Source: Prorocentrum cordatum
Lineage: Eukaryota
NCBI GenBank assembly: GCA_963575745.1
Contig: CAUYUJ010000281.1
Coordinates: 62,001 to 126,000, forward strand
Length of the DNA stretch: 64,000 nucleotides
Direction: 5' to 3'
Part shown: positions 38,701 to 51,589 of the stretch, piece after piece
How the letters are laid out: each line of letters starts with the position of its first letter
Numbering within the stretch: position 1 is the stretch's first letter
Program-made: the position numbers and the translations under genes
Notes under the pieces: generated by a model
What the model saw: the letters and a program-made list of their open reading frames with translations, nothing else
Databases searched by the model: none
What the model was told of the DNA's origin: nothing

Positions 38701-40094
38701 ATGCAGGGCGGGGGGGGGGCTCCTGGTGCGAACTCCCCCCCTTCCCGGCGTCCACGGAACGCGCTGTTTCGAAGATTGACACATCTTGAAAGATCTGGTT
38801 TCAATCGGGAGGCTCCAGGCTGAAATATTGAAAGATGGGAAGATCTTTCTCGAGCTTGAGCCTCAAGGTGGAAAGGTCGAAGCAATGACACGCCTTTCAT
38901 GACGCCAGTGCCACAAGGGGCCAGGACCCTTCTGGCACACGTTTGCCATTTTCAAGATGGGACCTCCGGATTACAAAGTCTTTCAAACTTTCGATATTTC
39001 GATCCAGGCTCTCTGCATTGAATGATATGGCAATATTTCAATCAGGATTTTCTGGTGCTGAATTATTTTCAATCGTTCATTATTTGAATCTGGACCCTCT
39101 GGATTGAAAGATCTTAAATTGCTCATTCAGGAAACAAAAGCTTGAAAAATACTCCAATCGCTCAATCCTCCAATCGGCGCACACACATTCTCACCACCAA
39201 ATCTGTTATTACTTCAATATTTCAATAGTTCAATCCGCGGCGACAGAAACCAAACCTTTTCAACCTTTCAAGTCTTCCAATAGTTCAGACCCTGCCCAGG
39301 ACCTCTGCGCAAAGCAAATGGAATAAACTCTTCCTGATCATATCTTATGCCGGGTGCAATCCAATCTTCAAACCGAAATCCAACATTGAATATGTAAGAC
39401 ATGCTCGATGGAACATGCACGGGGGCCAGTCATGCAGACGCACTGGCAAAGTAAACTATTCGTACCATGGGGCCATATATGACTACGGAATCTGGGACAT
39501 CTAAGTTCGAGGCCGTGGTGCGCTTTTGTAGTCTGGACTGATGCAGCTGAGATGATCGTATCAGAAATCAACTAGAGGCACGCTACACTGTGGCGTGCTG
39601 GTGTCCGCAACCTCAAGGTGCAGTCAACCCGTACAGTAAGGATGCGCAATAAGGATGCAAGGGCCTTGGACGCCCATTTCGAAGCTTTTCGAGCGGGGCG
39701 CGGCAAACGAAAGCGGCCAAGGATGGACTGAGGAGGCAAGGATGCAAGGGGTACCCTTGGGAAGGTTGCCCATCTTTACTAGATGGGTGGAGTATCTCAT
39801 GCGGACGTGGCTCCAAGAAACACTCGCAAGAAACCCAACCCTGAAAACCCCCGCGTGAGGTACAAATAGGGGGGTGATCCTTGACACCCTGACCCCGGCA
39901 CCCTGAACGTAGCAGCTCCTGCATGCCCGCGGGAAGTAACCGCGCAGCGAAGAAACCCAAAGGTATCCTGACGACGAAAAGCACATGGTTTCCTGATGCG
40001 CGCCCCCACCGTAAAAGGGGGGGGGGAGGATGCCGAAAGCCTCCTCCTTCTCCTCCCCCGGAGCAAACAGAGCGGCAAGAGGGGCTGGCGGCAC

Positions 40095-40150
40095 CCGCAG
40101 CAGTCGATCCCGATCGCCCAGTAGTTCACCGCGGCCGTGGCGGCCCCCGC
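40095..40150 (-). CDS. Host gene micro-exon A (AGAATAAVNYWAIGIDCC-G)
   Basis: cag acceptor, GT donor, 56 nt, ends phase 2, in phase with the next exon. Confidence 0.8.
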
Positions 40151-43100
40151 CTGGCGCGCGCAGGCCGTCTGGCACCGGCAGCGAAAAGTCGCCCCGGGCC
40201 ACGCTGCTGAGCGCAAGAGAAGGGCAGTTGCCCCCCGACGACAGAGATTGGCGGCGCGCCAAGGGGGGGTGGAGGGAGGGGAGAGGGCTTGTCAGGAGGC
40301 TGCTTCTTCGAAGGCGCTGGCCCCTACATCTATAGCCAAGGCCCGCGCGCGCCTCCCAAGAAGCAGGGGTGCTTCTGAGAAGCCCTGCCCCCTCCCCCCC
40401 CACCCCCCTCTGCGCGTGGCTGAAGGAGACCTCGCCGAATCGCCAGGCGGAGCGCTCCGCGGCGTGCGATCGTCTTCGCGCCCCGCGTCCCCGCGGCGGC
40501 TCTGCTCGAGATGGGCGGCCCCGCTGGCAAAGAACGCGACGCGCCCCCAGAAGGGGTGACCTGGGCGGTTCCCCTCCCTCCCGCCCTCCTCGTCCTCATT
40601 CACCCTCCCTCCCTCCCTCCCTGCCTCCCTCCGCCTCCTCCTCCTCCTCCTCCTCCTCCTCGTCCTCCTCCCTCCCTCCCTCCCTCCCTCCCCTCCCCCT
40701 CCCCCTCCCCCTCCCTCCTCCCTCCTCCTCCTCCTCCTCCTCCTCCTCCTCCTCCTCCTCCTCCTCCCGAGGAGGGCCAGTTGAGACGGCGCTCCTGAAG
40801 ACATAGAACATCGCCGCGCAGACCTCGGAACGGTGTGGTGACGGACCGTGCGGCGACCTCGAAGTCCCGCAAGAAACCCCACCGCACGGTCCGTCGCCTC
40901 TCGAGGCAGGTCGCCGCGCGGAGCGCCGCGCTGCAGCACCGCGGCGGAGCCTGCCGCGGGCATGCGAGCCTGCCGTGCTCAAGGGCCGCATGGGCTCATC
41001 CTGACCTGGGGATTGCCGAATCCCCCTCCCCTCCTCGTCGTGTCACTCGTGCCCCGCCGCGTCCCCTGCCACCACAGCTTCCCTGGGAATCGCTCCAGGA
41101 TGCCCGGCGGAGGTCCCCGAACACGCCCCGCTTGCCAAGGCCTCCGCGAGGCCCCTCGGCAAGACAGCGCCACGACCAACCCGTCGCTTCGACAAGGCAG
41201 CGCAGCGCCCGTGCGTCGCCGCAGCAGGGCTTCGCTGCAGACAGGGGGCGCGCGAGGCCCCCGTTCGGCACGGCACCGTCGGGCAACGGCCGGAGATGCA
41301 CCGCCGGCGTCCCCGATCCGGTCCTGGCGGCGTGCGAGAGGGGGAAACGAGAGGGAGAAGGCCTTCTCAGAAGGCTCTCGGGAGACCCCTGGCCTCCTGA
41401 GAAGTTCTCTCCAAACCTCCCCCGCAGGCACAACAAAAGCCTCTCGAAGGTGCGAGGGCTTCTTGAGAAGCCCCTCCGCCTTCTGAGAAGGCTTGGGTCG
41501 GGCCTGTCCCCCTACAGGGGGATTTTGGACGAAAGGGAAAAATACTCCAAACATGCTCAGAAGATGCCCCCCAAATGCTCACGAAAATGGCCCCCTGCCT
41601 CTTTTCTGACTCTTGTTGCGTAGTATCCCCCCCGCAGAGGGACAGGCCCGACTTCAGAGAAGGCCTTCTCCTCCTCGCTTCCCCCCCGCTAGGGGAACAA
41701 CAAGTGACATAAACATAGAAACTCGGAGGTCCGCGCGGATTTCTCGGATCGGCGCCGGAGTCGACATGGGGCAACAAGACGGGGGCGGAGGGGGGGGGGC
41801 CCTGGCTCTGGGCCTCTGCCTCGTGCGACTGCTTGCGACGGGGCGTCCATCGGGGGGGAGACGCCACCGGCCCGAGACAGGCGCCCAAAACAGCCAAGAT
41901 CCACTCCGTGGGGGGGGGAGGGGGGGAGCCGAGTCGGGAAACGTCGGATCGGCGGAAATCGGCAGGCCAGTAGGCCTCCAGTGAGGGATCGGAGCCCAAA
42001 TCGGAGTCCGAAGCCCAATCGAATCGGAATCGGAGGCCATCGAAGTCGAATCGAATCGGGGGAATCGAAACGAGCGCTGCAGGGGGCGTGCCAGGGGACG
42101 CCACGCCAGGGGACGTCACACGGAACGCGCCAAGGGGACGTGCCAGCGCGCCAGGAGGCGCGCCACAGAACGAGGCCGGGGGAAGCGCCAGAGAACGAGC
42201 TGGGGAACGCGCCAGAGGATGAGGCCCTCTAGAGGGTGCCGAGATTGCCCCGACAGGGCCCCCCCAAAAGCCTCAACACGCCTTCAGGCGGCCCAGGATG
42301 CAAGAGAGAGAGAGAGAGAGAGAGAGCCCCAAGATGGCCCAAGGAGGCCCCGAAGGGAAGCCCGAGGAGGGCCCGAAGAGGAGCCCGACACGGCCCCGAG
42401 ACGGACCCCAGAAGGGCCACTCCCCAAGTGTGCACCCGGCGGTTCTCCCCAGCAGCGGGGGAAGCGCGCAGAGTCCTGGCATTCCTACAGTCCTACCACG
42501 ACATGTTCTCGGAACCAAAAAATGTTCTAAGAACAGAAACCAAGACAGACTCCGCCAGAAACGTTCTAAGAACATTTCGCTGAAACCACGAAAGGTTCTT
42601 ATCGGAGAGACGTAAAAATCGGGTAAGGGGGACTCGGGTTGGCCTGACGGGGCCATCATGAAAATGACGAGACCCGATCTGAAATTTGACGCGAACTCCC
42701 GCTGCAGACATCCCACGAAAACTGGACCGTCAGAATCCAGGACACGCTCGTCAAAAAATTCGGCAAACCCGAGTTCCGGCTTACCAGAGCCTTATGTTTC
42801 CCCGATCTTAGAACATTGTTTGGTGGCCAGCCTGCCGCACCTTCGCTCGGGAGATGCCACGGCACGCGCGGGCGCCTCCGGACTGCATGTGGGGGGGCGG
42901 CGACGGCTCGCCCGTGGGCCGCAGGCGTGTGCAAGGTACAGGCCTGGAAGCTGGGCGAGGGCTGGCAGATCCGTGGCTGCCAAAACTGCGAGGCGGGGAT
43001 TTGTCCATATCCACCGCCTGGGAACCGACGTCCTGGTGCCCCAGCGGGCAGTAGATATGGATATATTTTCGGCCCCCGCGGGCCCGAGTAGGTCCATGTC

Positions 43101-45792
43101 CACCGCCTGCCGAGGCTCCGAAAACTGACCCTCCAAGCGGCGGTCATGTATGAATTCCAGCCTCGGATAAAACGGCCTTCCCGGAAAACAGAAACAAACT
43201 CCCGGAATCAAGCTCAACGCACTCAATAGTAAGCGGGCTGCTTCCAGGAACCAAGGGCTCCCAGCTTCGCGCTTCGCGCTGCGCGAAGCGCGAAGTGCGA
43301 ATAACTTCGCGCTCTCGCGCCGCCTCCCAGGGGAGAAGAGGAGGATGAGGAATCGGAGCCGAACCGCGAAGCGCGAAGCGCGAATAACTTCGCGCCCTCG
43401 AGGGCGCCCTTGAGGAACTCTGTCTTAGCAGCCACGGGTTCGCCGGCCGTCGCCCAGCTCCCGACAGGTGCTCCGCCGACTCCGCGGACGTCGCAGTCCC
43501 TGCACCTCGCCGGCCCTCCGTGCCAGGATGCCGATCGAGTGCGTGGGGCGTTCGATCACGGTTCCGGCCCTCCATGACACCCTGTGCGATTCTGGAGCAG
43601 CTCGTGCAGGCGGTTCTGACCAGTCGTGCACTCCAGCCAACGCGTTAGAAAGGTTTATGCACAAGCCACAGACAGTGTCCGCACCGGCGTCGCATCGCTC
43701 CAACCGAGACACGCTGACAGAGCGCACAAGATGTCACGTCCAGCATCCTTCCGACCGAATCATCTGTTCCGCGGCAACTCATGGGAACTTCAAGCATAAT
43801 CTTGCTGGCTCCTGCGAATCGACGACGGCCGACGCTGATCGACGCCAGTCGACGCTAAATCGACGCTTCACCGACGCTAACTGGGCGCGCTCTCAGCGAT
43901 TGGCAGACGCTGGCGCACGCGAGTGCACTCGAGAAGCGAACCTCCGAGGACATTCAATTATGTTGCATCCTGAAAGAACCTTGTCTGTCCCGTCGCGGCC
44001 CTATCCGCGTCGAATCCGTGTCGAATCCATGTCGGCATCGTCGGATCCGTGTCGGCTCCGTGTCGAATCCGCGTCGAATCCACGCCAAGTCCGCGTCGAG
44101 ACCGCATCGAGCCCGCGCCGGGCACAGGAAAAGACACCCATTTTGAGGACAGGCGAGGGTCCCCCGAAGGTGCAACGCAGATCCAGGGCTCCGAGGAGCT
44201 GCTGCCGAACATCCCGCCTTGCCGACAGACCCCTCTCCCAACAGGTGTGACAAGATGCAGCGTGACGACCTCTGTCGGGAGCGGCCAAGAGGGGGGTGTC
44301 CGAGAGGGGGGGTGCAAATCATGACCGGCGGCATGTGCGCGGCCCAGCGGGGGGGCCAGGGACGTAAAGAAATAAGAAGAGGCGCCATGAAATCTGGGGA
44401 AATATCATGGCCCCCGCCATGCTATCCCTAGTCATCCCCCTAGTCATCCACCCCTCCTCCTCCTTCCTCCTCCTCCTTCTCCTCCTCCTCTTCCCTCTTC
44501 CTCCTCCTCCTCCTCCTCCTCCTGCTCCTCCTCCTCCTCCTCCCTCCTCCCTCCTCCTCCTCCCCCCCCTAGTCATCCCCCCCCCTTTGCCGCCCCCGAC
44601 CTCTGAGCAAGGCCGACTCTTTTGAAGCGCCCCGCCGCGCAGGGCCTGCAGCCGCGCACTGATATATGTATACTCGGGAGGGGGAGCGACCAGCACAACA
44701 CTTCATGTTGTGGTCCTTCGAGTATCGGCTACACGCAAGAGTGGCCCTGGGCAAGAGTGGCCTTTGGTGCGCGGATTTGGGGGGGCCGCGGGGGGGCCAA
44801 ACTCAGGCGCGCAAGGCGCTACTGTTGCATCGCAATCAGTGATCGGGGGACCCCATTATGCCCGCACCAAGGGTCACTCTGGCGAAAGGTCACTCTTACG
44901 TGTAGTCGAATGAAACGCCTCTACCTCGAAGCACACATCCGCCACCGTCTCGCAAGCGCTGAGAGTGTACCCGGGCCTCTTCGCATTACTCTCTGTGCTG
45001 GGGTGTGGTGACTCTTCTTCATGACTCGGGATCGTCTGCTGGGCCCATCCTGGAGCCCTCTCGGGCACGTGCGGGGCCGTGCTGCATACCACTCAGACAG
45101 GCCAAACACACTGAACAGCCCTACAATCTGCGAGCTGGGCAGACTCGGCATCCTGGCCTTGACAGCGCCCAAGACGGCCCAGCAGGTGCCCCGGGACGGC
45201 CCCCGAGGGGGCCCAAAGGCACCGAAGACGGCCCCCTGGAAGGGGGAGCTCGAACTGACACTTCGAGCCCTCCGGCCCAAGACGGCGTCGGAGGCCACCA
45301 GGAGGCCTCCCAGAGAGGCCCTCGCAAGAGGCCCCCCGGAGAGGCCCCCCGGAAGACGGCCGAGCTGCCCCAAGCAGGCCTCCGAGACGCCGCCCAAGAG
45401 ACAACTCAGAAGGCCTCTGGTCCACAGCCCAGGCACCGTGGCGGGCTGGACAGAAAGGCCAATACATGTGCGCCGTCCCCGCAACCTGCTGGAGAAGTGC
45501 TGGCGCACCAAAAGCACCCGCCGCCGTGCCGCCATCCCTGAGTGGAGCGGCGCATCCGTTTTTTTTGTTGTCGTTCCGCTCACCACCCAATTTGCGCTGA
45601 ATTTGTTAATTTGTGGATGCCATGCCAATGGACACTCTGACCGTTCCGTTCTATCAGTGCATTGAACATGTCTTGAACATGTCTTCTACATGCTTTTTAA
45701 CACGTTCAGAACATGCTTCCACAATGCTTCAGCACTCTAAGCACCTATTATAGACACGGTTTTTAGACATCCGGAATGTACTTTGGCAATGT

Positions 45793-45952
45793 TTAGGTCG
45801 GGCGTGTCCCTCTACAGGGGGAATTTTCAAGAATAGGCATAAAATAGTATGGGGACGATTTTTTGAATATTCTTGGGCATGTTTACGAATATGTTTTGAC
45901 ACATTTAATTTTTCGTCCAGAATCCGCCTGTAGGAGGACACGCCCGACCTAA
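45793..45952. mobile_element. MITE family B representative (TIR ~TTAGGTCGGGCGTGTCCYYCTACAGG, AT-rich core); other copies at 6811-6970, 12249-12818, 41493-41654, 48666-48826, 50097-50288, 52461-52623
   Basis: ttaggtcgggcgtgtccctctacagg...cctgtaggaggacacgcccgacctaa; seven related copies. TSD not cleanly resolved. Confidence 0.78.
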
Positions 45953-46265
45953 GGCAACGTGCATTCTCTCCATGGATCGTTGTCCACAGTGTTAGCTGGT
46001 GTTGGTCGGGCGATGGCAGGACTGGGCTTACAGTGGGACCTGGTTTCATGATCTGTACCTGGGACGACCGCCCCCCGTCTGACTCCACTCACTAGAATTG
46101 CCGTCACCCGAAAAGCACCAGCTACGGCAGACCCGGTGAAGTGATTCCAATACATATTTTGGGTTTCGTTGAGCAGGGACCGACCGTCCCGGCACGCCTG
46201 AAGGCCTACCACGAAATTCTCTTAGAACCCGAAAATGTTCTAAAGACAAGTAGCCTGGCGAAAGA

Positions 46266-48407
46266 CCCAACCATTTGAAGTTGTGGGTATCGCATTCGGG
46301 GGAGCCCCGTATGAGGGGGCCACGAAGCGCTGTACTGGGTGGGGGGGACGCATGCGAACTGCGCCACTGGGGCCTTCGGTGGAGCTCCCTATGGGGCCAC
46401 GAAACGCAGACTGAGTGAGGGAGGGAACCGCATGCGGGCTGTGCCACTGGGAGTTTCGGTGGAGTACCTGGGTGGGGGGAAAGCATGCGAAGTGCGCCAC
46501 TGGGACCTTCGGGGGAGCTACCCATGGGGCCACGAAGCGCTGCCCTGGGCGGGGGGGACGCATGCGAAGTGCGCCACTGGGACCTTCGGGGGAGCTACCC
46601 ATGGGGCCACGAAGCGCTGCCCTGGGTGGGTGGGGACGCATGCGAACTGCGCCACTGGGGCCTTCGGTGGAGCTCCCTATGGGGCCACGAAGCGCAGACT
46701 GTGTGAGGGAGGGAACCGCATGCGGGCTGTGCCACTGGGACTGTCGGTGGAGCTCCCTATGGGGCTACGAAACGCTGCCGTGGGTGGGGGAACCTCATGC
46801 GGGCTGTGCCACTGGCACCTTCGGGGGTTCCCTATGGGGCCACGAAGCGCTGCCTTGGGTGGGGGAACCGTGTGCGGGCTGTGCCATTGGGACCTTCGGT
46901 GGAGCTCCCTATGGGTGTACGAAGCGCTGCCCTGGGCGGGGGAACCTCATGCGGGCTGTGCCACTGGCACCTTCGGTGGAGCTCCCTACGGGGCCACGAA
47001 ACGCTGCCCTGGGTGGGGGAACCGCATGCGGGCTGTGCCCAATGTGACCTTCGGCTGGAGCTCCCTATGGGGCTACGAAACGTTTGCCCTGGGTGGGGAA
47101 CCGACACGCGGGCTGTCGCACTGGGACCATCGGTGGGGTTACCCATGGGGATACGAAGCGCTGCCCTGGGGGGGGAAACCGCATGCGGGCGTGCCACTGG
47201 GACCTTCGTGGAGATCCATGCGGGCCTTGCCACGAAACGTTGCCCTGGGTGGGGGAACCGCATGCGGGCTGTGCCACTGGGATTTTCGGTGGAGCTCCCT
47301 ATGGGGCTACGAAGCGCTGCCCTGGGTGGGGGAGGCGCATAAGGGCTGTGCCACTGGGGCCTTCGGTGGAGCCCCCTATGGGGCCACGAAGCGCTGCCCT
47401 GGGTGGGGGAACCGCATGCGGGCTGTGCCACTGCGACCTTCGGTGGAGCTCCCTACGGGGCCACGCAACGTTGCCCTGGGTGGGGGAACCGCATGCGGGC
47501 TGTGCCACTGGGACCTTCGGTGGAGCTCCCTATGGGGCTACGAAACGCTGCCCTGGGTGGGGGGAACCGCATGCGGGCTGTGTCACTGGGACCTTCGGTG
47601 GAGCTCCCTATGGGGCCACGGAGCGCTGCCCTGGGTGGGGGAACCGCATGCGGGCTGCGCCACTGGACTGGGACCTTCGGTGGAGCTCCCTATGGGGCCA
47701 CGAAGCGCTGCCCTGGGTGGGGGAACCGCATGCGGGCTGTGCCACTGGGACCTTCGGTGGAGCTCCCTATGGGGTACGAAACGCTGCCCTGGGGGGGAAA
47801 CCCGAAACCGCATGCGGGCGGTGCCACTGTGCGGCCCCGGGGAGCTTCCCTATGGCGGCCGCAGGAAACTTCGGCCATAGGTGGGGAACCACATGCGGGC
47901 TGTGCCTCTGTGACCTTCGGTGGAGCTCACTATGGGGCCACGAAACGCTGCCCTGGGTGGGGGAACCGCATGCGGGCTGTGCCACTGGGACCTTCGGTGG
48001 AGCTCCCTATGAGGCTACGAAACGCTGCCCTGGGTGGAGGAACCGCATGCGGGCTGTGCCACTGGGACCTTCGGTGGAGCCCCCTATGGGGCTACGAAAC
48101 GCCGCACCCACGAAACGCTGCCCTGGGTGGGGGAACCGCATGCGGGCTGTGCCACTGGGACCTTCGGTGGAGCTCCCTATGAGGCTACGAAACGCTGCCC
48201 TGGGTGGAGGAACCGCATGCGGGCTGTGCCACTGGGACCTTCGGTGGAGCCCCCTATGGGGCTACGAAACGTGCGAGGGGTGTGCCGAGAGCAGAGGCAA
48301 GGAGGGGGAGGAGGGAGGAGGGCGAGGAGGGGGAGGAGGAGGAGAGGAGGTGGGACGCGGGGCGCTGTCTCTTCAAAACGAGGACCCAACACCACAGGAT
48401 GGTTGGG
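46266..48407. repeat. 77-bp tandem satellite (~25 units) bounded by 9-bp inverted repeats CCCAACCAT/ATGGTTGGG
   Basis: Unit gaaccgcatgcgggctgtgccactgggaccttcggtggagctccctatggggccacgaagcgctgccctgggtgggg; consecutive starts at 47409 and 47486. Confidence 0.93.
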
Positions 48408-49299
48408 AAAAACAATGTTCTTCGAACATAAGCCCGATGTCTTAAAACAAGACAGATTTAGCCAGAAATGTTCTAAGGACAGTTCGTGCAAACCACACAA
48501 AGTTCTTAGAACATTTTTTGGTCGGTCCATAGCCGCTAAGACGCTTTGCCACTGCTTGATTTCGGGGCCCAATCACTGACCGGCTCCCCTCAACCGGGGT
48601 CCTGGCCTTGCCCGAGTTGGGCTCGGACTGTCCAGCCGCGGCCAGGGGGAACACGGGGCGCTTCCCTAAGGGCGGGCACGTCCTCCTGCAGGCGGAGCTT
48701 GGAGGCGAAATTAACAATGGGAACAGACACGCTCGAACTTTGTCAAAATTACTCGGAACAGCGTCCCCAGACTATGTTTTGACTACTCTCGGACACTCTC
48801 CCTGTAGGGGGGCATGCCCGACTTAACGCTTACCCGAACATTGAAAAGAGAAGGGGGGGGGGGGGGGCACAGCTCAGAGATTGGGCCTCTGCTGAAAGGA
48901 CCTATCGATGGGGTGCTGGACAGCGGCCCCTCCGCCACGCCCGCTCCTTCAGGCATCAGAGGGGACAAAGCGGAACGGGGCGCTCCCCTGAAAAGAGAAG
49001 TGGCAGTGCACAGCTCAGGGACCGAGCTTCGGGGGTCTCTTGACCCGGGTCACTCCAAACCCGGGTCGGCCGGGCCCTGCAGGATCCTGCAGGATCCTGC
49101 ACCCGAGCCCGGGTCAACGCGAAGGACCCTGCAGGAACCTACACCCCAACCAGGGTCAGCGCGAAGGACCCTGCAGGATCCTGCACCCCAACCTGGGTCC
49201 ATGCGACCCTGGCGTGGCAGGGTCCTGCAAGGTCGGGCGCTCCGGCTGCCCCAGGTCTGCAGTGACCCCCGCCTCTTGAGCCCCGAGTCTGGACCGAGA

Positions 49300-49942
49300 A
49301 GGGAGAAGGGAGGAGGAGGAGGAGGAGGAGGAGGAGGAGGAGGAGGAGGAGGAGGAGGAAGAGGGGTAGGAGGAGGAGGAGGAGGAGGAGAGAGGAGGAG
49401 GAGGAGGAGGAGTGAGGAGGGAGGAGGAGGAGGAGGAGGAGTAGGAGGGAGGGAGGGAGGGAGGAGGGAGGGAGGGGGAGGAGGAGGGAGGGAGGAGGGA
49501 GGGAGGAGGAGGAGGAGGAGTGAGGCGGAGGAGGAGGAGGAGGAGGAAAAGGAGGAGGAGCGAGGAGAGGAGGAGGCAGGAGGAGGAGGAGGAGGAGGAG
49601 GAGGAGGAAGAGGAGGAGGAGGAGGCAGGAGGGAGTGAGGAGTAGGAGGAGGAGGAGGCGGAAGGGAGGAGGAGGGAGGGAGGGGGAGGGAGGGAGGGGG
49701 GAGGAGGAGGAGGAGGAGGAGGAGGGAGGAGGAGGAGGAGGAGGAGGAGGAGGAGGAGGAGGTAGGAAAGGAGGAGAAAAGGAGGAGGAGGAGAGGAGAA
49801 GAAGAGGAGGAGGAGGGAGGAGGAGAAGGAGAGGAAGGAGAGAGAGGAGGAGGAGAAGGATGAGGAGGAGGAGTAGGAGGAGGAGGAGGAGGAGGAGGAG
49901 GAGGAGGAGGAGGGAGGAGGAGGGAGGAGGAGGAGGAGGAGG
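49300..49942. repeat. Long (GGA)n tract, representative of many (GGA)/(TCC) tracts (e.g. 3670-3925, 22016-22305, 30950-31265, 31712-32090, 35625-35947, 36910-37447, 62540-62731)
   Basis: Direct inspection. Confidence 0.95.
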
Positions 49943-50295
49943 CCTTTTGTTTAGAACCGTGCCGGCGGGGTGCCGGACGGCGAGCCCCCCCCTCCACGCC
50001 CGCGCCAGGCCGCGGCTCACGGCAGGGGGGCCTCCCACCTGCCCGCCGGCGTGCCGGGAGCACGCAGGGTGGCGCGCCACTCCACCTCGAGTAGTTTTAG
50101 GTCGGGCACGTCCCCCTGACAGGGGGATATTCGACGACAGATAAAAAATACCCCAAAAATAATCAAGAAATGATCCAAAAATAGTCTGGGGACTTTTTTT
50201 TGAATATTTTTGAACTTGTTGGGGCATTTTGGGGGTATTTTTTATTGTTCGTCGAAAATCCCCCTGTAGGGGGACACGCCCGATATAAGAGTAGT

Positions 50296-50479
50296 TATCG
50301 TTTGCCCGATCCCTTTCCCCAGCGGCGTGGCCTGGGTCCCACTGGCCGATTTACCACCCTAGGTGGGGATGTGGGCCGTTCCCCTCCGGGTTTCGAGGGG
50401 CGTATCCCCAACTGGGGTGGTAGTCTGGTGGGGGGTCTCGAGGGGGATGGGGATGGGGATGGGGATCGGTCAAACGATA
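50296..50479. mobile_element. MITE family C (TIR TATCGTTTGNCCGATCCCYWTCCCC); second copy at 2794-2960
   Basis: Inverted ends tatcgtttgcccgatccc / gggatcggtcaaacgata; shared core cagcggcgtggcctggg. Confidence 0.75.
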
Positions 50480-51520
50480 CCGAGGACTGGGGGCGGGATC
50501 TGAAACGAATGCACTAGGGGCTGGGATGAGACCAAGCTTCGGTCAGCTTCTCGTGCCGGCGAGCTGTGAATCTTAGGCGTGCAACGCGTACTTGCTCAGG
50601 GGACGCGAGACAGACATGCATTCTCGCACTGTGTGCAGCAAGGGAGGCGTCAGGACAGGAGCCGCGCTTCAAACTGGCAGACAGGTTGTTGAAAAAGAAC
50701 GGGAGGCAGGACTGTAACTTGTAGGGGCTCACGGGACCTTGATGAGCACGAACTTGTTTTCCAAACCGTCTCACTAGCAGCGCTTTAAACATATAACAAG
50801 AAGAGCAATGGCGGAGGGAGTCGAGGTCGACATTGCCATTAGGAACCGCGCAACCAAGCAGGCAACCTGCAGCTCTATATATGCTAACATGTGGTCGCCT
50901 TCGGCCTCTTCGGGCCTCTTGTGGGTTGCCTCTGCGCGGACTCCAGGAAGCCTCTTTGGGGGCCCCCAGGGGGTGCCTCTTGGAAGCTCCAGAGGGGGCC
51001 TCTGGGCCGCCTCTCTGAGCCCCCGCTCGCAGTCTGGGGGGGGGGGGGGCTATCCTGGGTGCGGGAGGTTCCACACCCAGGGCATGGTTCACACCTGGAC
51101 CAGACAAGACACGACTACCACCCCATTTACGGCCCCACGGGGTTCAGCGCGCACAGAGGGAATCTGGCGCGGGCTTCTGCGTGGTGTGCGCTGCGGCGCT
51201 CGATGGGTCGTAGCGCAACATTGAGGGACCTAGGTGGGGCGGTGTCGTTTGTTTTTGTTGCAGGGCTGGGCCTAAAGGTTGTTGTTCGTTGTGGATTCGT
51301 TTTGTTGTTCGTTTTGCTCTACCTGTTTTCCTGTACCTCCCCCCCAAAACGAAAAACAAGACACCGCCGAAGTCCAGCAAAACAGCGTTTAGGTTTTTGG
51401 GCGCAACCTCCAGGGGCGTCCAGAAGCCCCTGGAGACCTCAGGGGACCTCTGGAGACTCCTTGCCAGCTCGCGTCGTAGTCTTAGTCTTAGTCTTAGTCT
51501 TAGTCTTAGTCTTAGTTGTA

Positions 51521-51589
<69 letters not shown>

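Noticed and set aside
44160..44215. Candidate upstream host exon (..EPWICVAPS..)
   Set aside because: No convincing donor and phase to join exon A; unsupported.
46339..48445. Repeat-protein ORFs or a CRISPR array in the 77-bp satellite
   Set aside because: The 77-bp unit is not a multiple of 3, there are no unique spacers and no cas genes.
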